Below are positions 28,522 to 37,911 of a stretch of DNA of 64,000 bases, in pieces. How positions within the stretch are numbered: position 1 is the first letter of the stretch; every line of letters starts with the position of its first letter. A program made the translations under genes and the position numbers. The stretch comes from Candidatus Latescibacterota bacterium (GTDB lineage Bacteria > Latescibacterota > UBA2968), in assembly GCA_965222605.1 (NCBI GenBank), contig OZ244960.1:1056001-1120000 (forward strand). Direction: 5' to 3'. The notes below the pieces were generated by a model. It was not told where the DNA came from and made no database searches. It saw only the letters and a list, made by a program, of their open reading frames with translations.

Positions 28522-30417
28522 TCACCCCAACACCCGCACATCCCCCTGCCGAATGGTTATGCCCTGGGTATCGAAATAATTTAACAGCGGCACGGCAAAT
28601 TTGCGCGTGGTGCCGATCAGACTGCGAAAAGTCGATACGTCGATCTCCCCATTTTCTTTCAGATAATCGACCAATTGCCGCGTCACATCTTCTATCACCT
28701 CCGGGTGATAGAGCAACGTATCGTCCAGACGCACCAAATCTCCCATTGCCTGCATGGCTGACACCACATCGCGCACAGATCTTGCGTTGGTCTGGATAGC
28801 ATCGGGCAACGTCTTTAAGTCCTCAGGCGTTGTCCCCCCATCTTTTAACACACGCGCAATAGCATCGCGAATCTCCTCTTGCTCGGGCGTCAAAGCAATT
28901 TTGTAATCGCGCAACCCAATCAGCGCATTATCGCTTTTTAAGATATCCGCGTGAACGAGATGTTCAACGCCGTGAGCAAACAAATCATCAGAAGGCTCAC
29001 CTTTCACCAATGCGCGAAGCTCCTCGCGTCGCGCACCTGGCCGGAGGGGATACGCCTCGTGAAAAACCCGCATCGCATCGCCAATCCCGTCCAGCAATTC
29101 GCGCCAGCACATCGCGTGGACATACATCGCTTTACCCGCCTGCACATAAGAAATCACATCGCCCGAATTGACAAGCACGACGATCTGGCTCTCAATCTCG
29201 CTCGCAGACACCGCCATCTCAGATGCGAGTTGCAATGCGGTTCGCGGTTGCAATCGCGCAGCCTTTAAGCGCGTCAGCAAAACCTGCGTGGGATCGTCCT
29301 GCTCCAATTCTCGCAGTGCGTCATTAACATCGTCCCGAAACCGCCGGTGCTTCACGGGTTGCGGATCCAGCACCACGCCACCGCCCAGCGTTTGCACCGG
29401 TGAATACCGTCGGATCACAAACCGATCACCCCGCGCGGCAACGCCCGGTTCTTCCAGGCGCAACTGCACCAGTTGCGATTCGCCCGGCAACAATGTCTCA
29501 CCTTCGAGCAACACCACGCGGGCCAAAACCCCTCGTGGTCCCATCAGCAAATGCACGCGCGTGCGATTTGTCACATGCGCGGGTGCATCGGGTAGCATGT
29601 GCAAACGCGCATCGATCATATACGTCGTCTCAAAATACCCCGTTTGCGCCAGAAGATCACCCCGCGATACCTCATCGACTTCGGCCCCGCTTATATTGAT
29701 AGCCGCACGCGCGCCCACCCGCGCCACATCCACATCCCGCCCATGCGTTTGTACGCCGCGCACACGAACACTTTTACCCGACGGCAACACCGACAATGCG
29801 TCTCGCACGCGCACCTCCCCTGAAATCACAGTACCAGTCACCACAGTCCCAAACCCCTGCACAGAAAAAGCGCGATCAACGGGCAAACGAAAAATGCCCT
29901 GATCTGGCCGTGCTTCAACCCTTGCGATCTCCGCCTCAACCGCCGCACGCAATGTATCGATCCCTTCACCGGTGATTGACGATACGGGCACAATCGGCGC
30001 ATCCTCCAAAAATGTCTCGGCAAACACCTCCCGCAATTCCTCCTCCACCAGCTCCAGCCACTCTTCTTCCACCAGATCAACTTTTGTCAACACCACAATA
30101 CCGCGAGGCACGCCCAAAAGATTCAAAATGCCCAGATGCTCGCGCGTCTGCGGCATCACACCATCGTCGGCAGCCACCACAAAAAGAGCCAGATCAACCG
30201 TACACACCCCCGTCACCATATTTTTGACAAACCGCTCGTGCCCGGGCACATCAATAATGGTCACATTGTCTTTCCAATACGCAAAACCAATATCAATGGT
30301 CACGCCGCGATCGCGCTCCTCCGGCAAGGTATCAGTTTCAATACCCGTCAATGCCTTGACCAATGCCGTCTTGCCGTGATCAATATGCCCGGCCGTTCCA
30401 ATAATCACATGCGCCAT
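28522..30417 (-). CDS. selB: Selenocysteine-specific translation elongation factor
   Basis: GTAGHIDHGKT, DVPGHERF and TKVD motifs; C-terminal winged helix TTRKFAVPLL.YFD; adjacent to selA. Confidence 0.96.
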   Translation of the reverse strand: MAHVIIGTAGHIDHGKTALVKALTGIETDTLPEERDRGVTIDIGFAYWKDNVTIIDVPGHERFVKNMVTGVCTVDLALFVVAADDGVMPQTREHLGILNLLGVPRGIVVLTKVDLVEEEWLELVEEELREVFAETFLEDAPIVPVSSITGEGIDTLRAAVEAEIARVEARPDQGIFRLPVDRAFSVQGFGTVVTGTVISGEVRVRDALSVLPSGKSVRVRGVQTHGRDVDVARVGARAAINISGAEVDEVSRGDLLAQTGYFETTYMIDARLHMLPDAPAHVTNRTRVHLLMGPRGVLARVVLLEGETLLPGESQLVQLRLEEPGVAARGDRFVIRRYSPVQTLGGGVVLDPQPVKHRRFRDDVNDALRELEQDDPTQVLLTRLKAARLQPRTALQLASEMAVSASEIESQIVVLVNSGDVISYVQAGKAMYVHAMCWRELLDGIGDAMRVFHEAYPLRPGARREELRALVKGEPSDDLFAHGVEHLVHADILKSDNALIGLRDYKIALTPEQEEIRDAIARVLKDGGTTPEDLKTLPDAIQTNARSVRDVVSAMQAMGDLVRLDDTLLYHPEVIEDVTRQLVDYLKENGEIDVSTFRSLIGTTRKFAVPLLNYFDTQGITIRQGDVRVLG

Positions 30418-31823
30418 CAGCCCTGTGCTCCTATTTTCACCGCATCGCCCACAATACTCACTTCGTCATCTCTTATCGTGCGCAAATCCAGAAATAACCG
30501 GTTATCGCGCACATAGCAAATAACAGGCGGATCATGGCGGCGCAACCTATTGGAAAGGGACAAAATATCGCCCCCGGAAATTGCTACCGCAACGCTCGGG
30601 ATATTTTCCAAAGGCAACGCGCCACTGCCGGTTTGTGCATAGGAATCGACCAATTCGCCTGAAAAACCCTCGAGTTCACCAATCGCCTGCAACAATCGTC
30701 GTCCGCGCTGCTCAAGTGTCGTCACAGGCTCTGTCAACATGCGGAGTGTAGGATGTTCGCGCGTTAATACCTCTGGATTCAGGAACAACTTCAACGTCGC
30801 TTCCAGCGCAGCATACGTCAGCTTCCCACAACGCAACGCGCGCATCAAGGGATTTTTGCGAATTTGTTCCACAACATTTTGTTTTCCCACAATAATCCCA
30901 CACTGCGGCCCGCCGAGAACCTTGTCACCGCTAAACATCACCACATCTGCCCCAGCGGTAATACTATCGGATACCAGCGGCTCATAAGGCAATCCATAAT
31001 CCCGCAAATTGACCAGCACACCGCCGCCCAAATCGTGTGCCACAGGCACGCCGCGTCGTCGTCCTAACACCACAATATCTTCCAGTGCTACTTCGGCGGT
31101 AAATCCCATCACCTTGTAATTGCTCGGATGCACCGCCAGCATCACTCCCGTATTCTCCGTTAAAGCGGCTTCGTAGTCGCTCAGATGAGTGCGATTGGTC
31201 GTACCCACCTCGACCAGTTGCGCCCCACTGCGCGCCATAATATCTGGAATGCGGAAAGACCCCCCAATTTCGACCAGTTGCCCGCGCGACACAATCGCCT
31301 CTTTGCCACCAGCCAGGGTATTTAACGTCAACAAAACAGCCGCTGCATTGTTATTTGCAATCGCAGCGGCTTCGGCACCGGTCAACTCACACAGCAATTT
31401 TTCCACAAGTGTCGTACGCGACCCGCGCTGTCCAGTCTCCAGATCCAATTCCAAATTGCTATACGAACCAGCAATATCAACAATATGTTTCACCGCAACA
31501 TCGGGCAATGGCGCGCGTCCCAAATTGGTGTGCAGGATAACCCCAGTCGCGTTCACAACACGCCTGAGATTTGGCGCGAGCGAATCTGCCAATTGGCTCT
31601 GTACATCGGCAACAATCCATTCGGTCAACACCTCACGAGACGCACCCACCGCTTCGCCATCGCGCATCATCCCCCGCACGCGATCTATCGCCTGCCGAAT
31701 CATATCGGTCAAAACAGATGTCCCACACCGCTTTGACAGCGTCTGTATCGCACGCTCATTGAGCACCCGATCCACACCGGGAATAATTGAATAATCTATA
31801 TATTTTTTTGAATCACCATTCAT
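30417..31823 (-). CDS. selA: L-seryl-tRNA(Sec) selenium transferase
   Basis: NATGVILHTNLGRAP, NNNAAA, EIGGSFRIP, EVGTTNRT and FSGDK.LGGPQ motifs. Confidence 0.97.
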   Translation of the reverse strand: MNGDSKKYIDYSIIPGVDRVLNERAIQTLSKRCGTSVLTDMIRQAIDRVRGMMRDGEAVGASREVLTEWIVADVQSQLADSLAPNLRRVVNATGVILHTNLGRAPLPDVAVKHIVDIAGSYSNLELDLETGQRGSRTTLVEKLLCELTGAEAAAIANNNAAAVLLTLNTLAGGKEAIVSRGQLVEIGGSFRIPDIMARSGAQLVEVGTTNRTHLSDYEAALTENTGVMLAVHPSNYKVMGFTAEVALEDIVVLGRRRGVPVAHDLGGGVLVNLRDYGLPYEPLVSDSITAGADVVMFSGDKVLGGPQCGIIVGKQNVVEQIRKNPLMRALRCGKLTYAALEATLKLFLNPEVLTREHPTLRMLTEPVTTLEQRGRRLLQAIGELEGFSGELVDSYAQTGSGALPLENIPSVAVAISGGDILSLSNRLRRHDPPVICYVRDNRLFLDLRTIRDDEVSIVGDAVKIGAQG

Positions 31824-31834
31824 AGCTCACTACC

Positions 31835-33451
31835 CTACGGCACAATCTTAAACGCAATATCTTTTTTTACATCGCGATCCGCCAGCAAATCCGTCACTTT
31901 GACGCGGACTTCTTGACCGCCTGGCTCGGCGTCTTTCAAATCCAATTCGACATACGCCATGTCCTCCGCGGTATCACCCGATTGCTCATAAGAAATCACC
32001 ACTTCCCGGCGCTTCTCTTGCAAACGCAACATGCGCCCCAATCCGCGCAACGCGCGAATCGGCGCGATCCCTTTTTCCTGGGCGCGAAAAGAATAATCCA
32101 CGCGATACTTCGTCCGTCCAAATTCATCGCGTTTCAAATTGTACACCTCAAAATAGACAAACGCATTTTGATCCGGGCGAAATGCCTTTGAGGCCATTGG
32201 AATAATTTTTAATCCGCGTTTTTGAAACGGACCTTGCTCGTCACTCTGCCCAACATAAAATGCGAGGGCTATATCGCTCACCAAAAGATCATCGCGCTGA
32301 GAAAAATCTGATACGGCCAATGATTGTTGATACACCTGTGATTTCCCCGACACCACATCGCGGATTTGAAAAGAGAGATAGTGCAGCCCCGATTCAACCT
32401 CAAACGCGAGCACGCCCGGGATAAACGCCCCATCCAACACTTGCTGGTCTGATGGCGCCTGAAATGTCAATTGATCCTGCACGCGATAGACCTCTGCCCA
32501 CAGGCTATCAAACATCGCAAGACCGCGGTCCAACATCACCTGATCGGTTTTGTCATCAACGGGCAATCGCGCCATTTCCGTAGCGGGCAACCCATAGTAG
32601 ATTTCCAGCCGCGTCGTGCCATTTTCACCGCGAAATCCAGCGGGAAAATAATAAAAATCAACGGGAAGATCGGCAATATCTGCATCGTAAACAGAGGGTT
32701 GATGCGCTGTCACTTGCCGCAGAACAATCTCGCTTTGATACGCCATCAAATCCGTTGTCAGTGACAGACTCAAGCCCTCGGGCATCGGTGCAAAGTCATA
32801 CCTGTTCCCCTTGCCGCGGCGCACAAAATCAAACTCTGTCCCGCCTTCCAAATCCGCATACACCCAGTATTCCCACCACGATATCGATGGTACGGGAAAA
32901 ATGGGTTGCCCGGGCCTGATCCTCAGAGCAATGCGTTTGCGATTCACATAATTTTGCCGCGCATCCTGTATCTCCCGATCCATTTCATTTTGAATATCGC
33001 CCGACTTACTCGTGTGATCGGGTTTGCCAAACCGCACATAAACCTCGCCTCGATCATCCCATGGGAACTGTCCTTGACCGTAATATTGGCGCGCATACGC
33101 CACGCGCCGATAATGCTCAATGAGTCGCTCATTTGCCTTTGTCAACGGCGAGGGATCCAGGCGTCGCCAAAAGCGGTTGATCAACTCAGCGCGTTTTTCC
33201 GTATCCGCATCCCGGTAAATTTCCAGATCATCGGGCAATGCCACCTGCGCCAAATCGCGATAGAGCACCTGCTCTTCTTCTGACAATTCTTCGATATATT
33301 CTTCAAACAGTGCCTGTGCCTTCGCATAGTCCCGAATGGACTGCGCCTGAACCGCCTGTACCAACAGCGGACTGTCAAAATCGCCATTTTGTGCCCACAG
33401 CGTTGTGCTCAACGCACACACTATCAGAAAACCCGTCAATATCGCATGCAT
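31835..33451 (-). CDS. GWxTD domain-containing secreted protein
   Basis: Signal peptide; FW...DP.P.T..NE...EHYRRV.YA and WDDRGEVYVRFGKPD motifs; AAGGTGG RBS before ATG 33451. Confidence 0.85.
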   Translation of the reverse strand: MHAILTGFLIVCALSTTLWAQNGDFDSPLLVQAVQAQSIRDYAKAQALFEEYIEELSEEEQVLYRDLAQVALPDDLEIYRDADTEKRAELINRFWRRLDPSPLTKANERLIEHYRRVAYARQYYGQGQFPWDDRGEVYVRFGKPDHTSKSGDIQNEMDREIQDARQNYVNRKRIALRIRPGQPIFPVPSISWWEYWVYADLEGGTEFDFVRRGKGNRYDFAPMPEGLSLSLTTDLMAYQSEIVLRQVTAHQPSVYDADIADLPVDFYYFPAGFRGENGTTRLEIYYGLPATEMARLPVDDKTDQVMLDRGLAMFDSLWAEVYRVQDQLTFQAPSDQQVLDGAFIPGVLAFEVESGLHYLSFQIRDVVSGKSQVYQQSLAVSDFSQRDDLLVSDIALAFYVGQSDEQGPFQKRGLKIIPMASKAFRPDQNAFVYFEVYNLKRDEFGRTKYRVDYSFRAQEKGIAPIRALRGLGRMLRLQEKRREVVISYEQSGDTAEDMAYVELDLKDAEPGGQEVRVKVTDLLADRDVKKDIAFKIVP

Positions 33452-33540
33452 AACAACCACCTTGTGAAATGTGGACATGCCGTATAAAACCAAATCTACC
33501 CTATAATCCCTCGACTCGCAAAGAAAAATTCCGTCATTTA

Positions 33541-33569
33541 TTGACAAGCGACACACCTGCATGTATCTT
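33541..33569 (+). promoter_or_regulatory. Sigma-70-type promoter of fbaB
   Basis: TTGACA-N17-TATCTT. Confidence 0.6.
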
Positions 33570-33652
33570 TTCCACCTATTTTTAAAAAAATCAATGCGCT
33601 TTCGCAAAACTTTTACAATCCGCCCAATTTAATTTCTCAGAAGGAGTTTTCC

Positions 33653-34738
33653 ATGGCAGTTGATATGGCAGTTGCTGTTCAAAATGGCATAGGCAAAATC
33701 GCAGACTACCTCGGCGATGACGCCGATGATTTACTCACACATGAAGCACTGGTAAACAAAAACCTGCTCACACTGCCCGGTCCCGACTTTATCGACCAGG
33801 TCTTTGCAGATTCCGACCGCACCATTCCCGTACTCAACAACCTGCAACGCCTCTACAGTGCGGGGCGGCTTTCCGGCACCGGGTACATCTCCATTCTCCC
33901 CATTGATCAGGGCATCGAACACTCCGGCGGCGCGTCCTTTGCCCCCAACCCCATCTACTTTGATCCCGAAAACATCGTCAAACTCGCCATTGAAGGGGGC
34001 TGTAATGCCGTGGCAACCACGCTGGGCGTACTCGGAATGGTTGCCCGCAAACATGCCCACAAAATCCCTTTTATCCTCAAATTTAACCACAATCAATTGC
34101 TCACGTACCCTTCGCAATACGATCAAGTCGTATTTGGACAAGTCGAACAAGCCTGGGAAATGGGATGTGCAGGCGTGGGTGCCACGATTTATTTTGGCTC
34201 GCCCGAATCCAATCGACAAATCGTCGAAATCAGCGAAGCATTTGCCCGCGCACACGAACTGGGACTATTTACCGTACTCTGGTGCTATTTGCGCAACTCG
34301 GCATTTGCGACCGATGACATCGACTACCACGAAGCCGCGGATCTTACGGGACAGGCCAACCACCTCGGCGTCACCATTGGTGCAGACATCATCAAACAAA
34401 AATTGCCGACCAGCAACGGCGGTTACACAGCCCTGAATTTTGGACGCACCCACGACAAAGTCTATACCGAACTCTCGTCTGATCACCCCATTGACCTGTG
34501 CCGCTATCAGGTCGTCAATTGTTATATGGGCAAAGCCGGACTGATCAATTCCGGAGGCGCATCCTCAGGTGCCAGTGATTATGCCGAAGCCGTGCGAACA
34601 GCAGTGATCAACAAACGCGCCGGAGGCACCGGCCTCATCTCTGGACGCAAGGCATTTCAACGCCCCATGCACGAAGGCATCCAATTGCTCAACAACATTC
34701 AAGATGTCTATCTCTGCTCCGATGTGACCATCGCCTGA
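33653..34738 (+). CDS. fbaB: Class I fructose-bisphosphate aldolase (DhnA type)
   Basis: [20 protein letters not shown] and [19 protein letters not shown] motifs. Confidence 0.96.
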   Translation: MAVDMAVAVQNGIGKIADYLGDDADDLLTHEALVNKNLLTLPGPDFIDQVFADSDRTIPVLNNLQRLYSAGRLSGTGYISILPIDQGIEHSGGASFAPNPIYFDPENIVKLAIEGGCNAVATTLGVLGMVARKHAHKIPFILKFNHNQLLTYPSQYDQVVFGQVEQAWEMGCAGVGATIYFGSPESNRQIVEISEAFARAHELGLFTVLWCYLRNSAFATDDIDYHEAADLTGQANHLGVTIGADIIKQKLPTSNGGYTALNFGRTHDKVYTELSSDHPIDLCRYQVVNCYMGKAGLINSGGASSGASDYAEAVRTAVINKRAGGTGLISGRKAFQRPMHEGIQLLNNIQDVYLCSDVTIA

Positions 34739-34748
34739 TTCACACACA

Positions 34749-34796
34749 AAAAGACGGAGCTTTCGGTTTATCGAAGGCTCCGTCTTTTGTTTTTTT
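34749..34796. terminator. Bidirectional Rho-independent terminator between convergent genes
   Basis: AAAAGACGGAGC / GCTCCGTCTTTT stem with flanking A and T runs. Confidence 0.85.
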
Positions 34797-34828
34797 AAGG
34801 TGGATGGGAGAGGACCGACCGCTAATAT

Positions 34829-35263
34829 TTAAACCAAATTTTCACCGTCAAAAATCATTTTGTCCTTTTCGTAAATCGCGCCCGTTTCTTCATCTAACTC
34901 GTACTTCATCAACTGCCCCATAGACATGTGGTTGAACACCTCTTTGGAATCGCCGTATTTTTCCAGCAATTTTTCAATTGGGCCTTCAAATTCATAAATT
35001 CGGCGTTTGGGCCGTTCGCGTGCTCTGCGCTCGGTCTCTTCCTTGCTCAAAATTGGCAACCGCTCGGCAGCGGGACCTAATCGACTCGCGTATTCCTGCC
35101 GCCTGCGGTACTGATCGTGCCGCTTTTCAACCTCGTCTTTGGCCTCTTCTCGCTCCTTGGCGCTGAGCAGATCTCCCGCCCGTTCTGACCACTTTTCCTG
35201 TTCGCGCTCGCGCACATCATCGCGGCCCACTTTTCGCATAATATCTCGCAGAGAATCACTCAT
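34829..35263 (-). CDS. Hypothetical highly charged protein
   Basis: 144-aa ORF with GGAGG RBS filling the gap between fbaB and mazG. Confidence 0.75.
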   Translation of the reverse strand: MSDSLRDIMRKVGRDDVREREQEKWSERAGDLLSAKEREEAKDEVEKRHDQYRRRQEYASRLGPAAERLPILSKEETERRARERPKRRIYEFEGPIEKLLEKYGDSKEVFNHMSMGQLMKYELDEETGAIYEKDKMIFDGENLV

Positions 35264-35431
35264 CTTTTAAACCCTCCAAAGCCAGATAAATTTAAGACTA
35301 CCAGATGACCGAAAAATAACGCACCACATCCTATTTGTCAAAGGTAATTCTCGCTTTTAAAAATATCGGGGTTGACGCTGATCGTCTTTACAACCATATT
35401 GAAGTCATACACACCATGCGAAAGGAAATAT

Positions 35432-36217
35432 ATGTCCAATTTGGAACGACTTATCAACATCATGGCGCGCTTGAGAGGGCCTTCGGGCTGCCCGTGGGAC
35501 AGAGAGCAAACACCCCAAAGTCTAAAACCCTACCTCATTGAAGAAGCGTATGAAGTCCTCGAGGCGATTGACCACAATGACGACGACGAAATCAAAGAAG
35601 AACTGGGCGATCTTTTGCTACAAGTCGTCTTTCACGCACAAATTGCCAGTGAAGAAAACCGATTTAACATAGACGATGTAGCCGAAGCCATTGCCGACAA
35701 ACTCATCCGCCGCCATCCGCATGTTTTTGGCGACACAAAAGCCGATACGCCCGACGAAGTGATAAAAAATTGGGAAGCCATAAAAGCCGAGGAAAAACCC
35801 GACAAAAGGGCCTCTCTGCTCGACGGAGTGCCGCAACATCTGCCGGCGTTATTGAGGGCTTACAGACTTCAGGAAAAAGCCGCGCGGGTGGGATTTGAGT
35901 GGGGACACATTGCGGATGTGGCTAAGAAAGTGCAGGAAGAAACAGAAGAGTTGATCCAGGCTCAAGAATCCGGCGCAATAGAAAAGATTCGGGAAGAATT
36001 TGGGGACTTGCTATTTGCCCTGGTCAATCTCGCTCGATTTCTCCAAATATGCCCCGAAGAAGCACTCATAAAGACCAACAGAAAAGTTCAATCGCGCTTC
36101 CGGTACATCGAAACCGAACTGTACAAGAAGGGCAAAACACCCCATGAATCTACGCTTGAGGAAATGGATGTGCTGTGGGAAGCCGCAAAAAAAGAGAATC
36201 AGCCCCAAAAATCGTAG
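35432..36217 (+). CDS. mazG: Nucleoside triphosphate pyrophosphohydrolase MazG
   Basis: LR.P.GCPWDREQT, EELGDLLLQVVFH, KLIRRHPHVFG and a second EEFGDLLF motif. Confidence 0.96.
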   Translation: MSNLERLINIMARLRGPSGCPWDREQTPQSLKPYLIEEAYEVLEAIDHNDDDEIKEELGDLLLQVVFHAQIASEENRFNIDDVAEAIADKLIRRHPHVFGDTKADTPDEVIKNWEAIKAEEKPDKRASLLDGVPQHLPALLRAYRLQEKAARVGFEWGHIADVAKKVQEETEELIQAQESGAIEKIREEFGDLLFALVNLARFLQICPEEALIKTNRKVQSRFRYIETELYKKGKTPHESTLEEMDVLWEAAKKENQPQKS

Positions 36218-36711
36218 TGTGCAGACAATTCCAAAACGGGAATAGGGGCAGATTCCCAATCGTCAATCCAACAAATAATACTGTCACAGGCCATGTAATC
36301 GAGATTTTCGCGCTCGAAATCACTGCTGCGCAACACAGCGTGCGCTCGAATGGGCAATTCATTACTCGACAAAATATAATTGGGAAATTCCTCCTGGGAT
36401 TTGAGCACTTCAAATCCCAATTTTTCGTAAATCCGAATAAATAATTCGCGGACATTGGTCGCATTTCTCACAGCGGGATACGTCAAAATGGGTTCTCGAT
36501 TGACGGGGGCCAGTTGTTTCCCAATGACGTCAAGCGTGCTCTGGGGAACCGTAATCGATTTCGCATTTTTGCGCTCCAATTCAGCTTCGATCCGCTTCAG
36601 AGCCAATTCGGCGACCTCTTTGGTGTCGCTAATTGATTTGCGCACGCGCTTGCCATCTTCATCGTAGTACCCGATCCACCATTTCTTTCCCCGCTGATAA
36701 AGCCAGGCCAT
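36199..36711 (-). CDS. Fusion of an integrase-like arm DNA-binding domain and a degenerate PD-(D/E)XK nuclease-like domain
   Basis: N-terminus YQRGKKWWIGYYDEDGKRVRKS; C-terminus LGFEV...Q..FPN...SSDF...CDSIICW.DDW...P.PVLEL. Confidence 0.7.
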   Translation of the reverse strand: MAWLYQRGKKWWIGYYDEDGKRVRKSISDTKEVAELALKRIEAELERKNAKSITVPQSTLDVIGKQLAPVNREPILTYPAVRNATNVRELFIRIYEKLGFEVLKSQEEFPNYILSSNELPIRAHAVLRSSDFERENLDYMACDSIICWIDDWESAPIPVLELSAHYDFWG

Positions 36712-36748
36712 AGTTTGTGCTCCCGCCGCAAAACGTCAGTGTGTCTTA

Positions 36749-36911
36749 TAATAGCCACAAAAAACGAGAAAAACAATTTGCCACCGATATTATACAATAT
36801 ATTGTATATCCCCGCAAAAACCAATCGCAATATATAGATACATCTGCCTGAAAAAGAAAAAAATGTGGCTATTAGCCACAAATTATCCATCAAATAATAA
36901 TCTAAGCCACA
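36749..36911. repeat. AGCCACA repeat cluster flanking an 18-bp perfect palindrome
   Basis: TAGCCACA 36752-36759; TGTGGCTA-T-TAGCCACA 36864-36880; AGCCACA 36905-36911; TATACAATATATTGTATA 36791-36808. Confidence 0.8.
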
Positions 36912-36923
36912 CTTTCATGCAAT

Positions 36924-36957
36924 AAAAAAGGCGGGCGTTTCGAGCCTGCCTTTTTTT
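36924..36957. terminator. Bidirectional terminator located between divergent genes
   Basis: A6-GGCGGGC-loop-GCCTGCC-T7. Confidence 0.75.
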
Positions 36958-37019
36958 ATTTTGGCTCTTGTCCTAATATTTGTTTATATTTCTGCGAGGC
37001 CTTTCTGACGGGGTAAAAT

Positions 37020-37271
37020 ATGAAAACATTGAATATCCCATATTCTGAAGACCTGCTCTTGATCACTGGGCAAGAACCCGAAGTATTTGAACGGGAAGCT
37101 CGCTTTCTATTGGCTTTGAAATTCTTTGAACTCCACCGGATTTCTGCTGGAAAAGCAGCGGAGCTATCTGGTTTAAGCAAGCCCGAGTTTCTCGCAAAGG
37201 TCAGTGCATTGAACATCCCTGTTGTCGATCTGGATGATGATCAACTCGACACAGAATTCGGTTATAAATGA
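37020..37271 (+). CDS. UPF0175 family putative antitoxin
   Basis: LALKFFE..RISAGKAAELSGLSK.EFL motif. Confidence 0.88.
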   Translation: MKTLNIPYSEDLLLITGQEPEVFEREARFLLALKFFELHRISAGKAAELSGLSKPEFLAKVSALNIPVVDLDDDQLDTEFGYK

Positions 37272-37272
37272 C

Positions 37273-37755
37273 GTGTTTCTGATCGCAGATTCCAGCCCAC
37301 TCATTGCGTTAGCAGGCGTGAACCGACTCAATCTATTGCCCAGATTGTATTCTCGCGTTATTGCACCATCCGCTGTAATAGATGAAATTCTGGCCGGAGG
37401 CGAAAATGCCTCTGGCCGTTACTTTTTAGATCGTGCTGCATGGCTTGAACATTGGACATTAGAACGAACAACAGAATTGATTTCCATTGCGCTGGGGCGT
37501 GGAGAAACTGAAGCGATTCAATTAGCAAAGCAATTGCCCAATTCACGTTTGTTACTTGATGATCACCGGGCGAGAAGAGTAGCTGAAGACTTGAATTTGG
37601 AAATTATTGGTTCGGCAGGTATTCTTGTTCAGGGAAAAAGAAAACTGTTGATTCGAGAAGTGGTACCTATTCTAAAAAATATGAGAAAGAATGGTTACTA
37701 TATTGGAGATCGCGTCATCCAAAGGGCTGCACAGGCAGTGGGCGAAACGGTTTAA
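37273..37755 (+). CDS. DUF3368 PIN-domain putative toxin
   Basis: IADSSPLIAL, LGRGE.EAI.LA, LLLDD..ARR.A and IGSAGIL motifs; likely GTG start. Confidence 0.88.
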   Translation: MFLIADSSPLIALAGVNRLNLLPRLYSRVIAPSAVIDEILAGGENASGRYFLDRAAWLEHWTLERTTELISIALGRGETEAIQLAKQLPNSRLLLDDHRARRVAEDLNLEIIGSAGILVQGKRKLLIREVVPILKNMRKNGYYIGDRVIQRAAQAVGETV

Positions 37756-37761
37756 GATGGG

Positions 37762-37911
37762 ATGTTGCGTCAGTGTATTCACACGGCTCGGGCGCACCCC
37801 CTATCTGCTCGCATTGCCACCATTGACGATTTACAACGCCTCAAGCAGTTGCACCGCGCGGCGATTCAGGTGGTCAGTCTTGAAGCATTTCAGCATCTGT
37901 TAGATGAGTAA
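37762..37911 (+). pseudogene. C-terminal remnant resembling an Rpn/DUF4351-like tail
   Basis: RIATIDDLQRLKQLHRAAIQVVSLEAFQHLLDE*. Confidence 0.5.
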
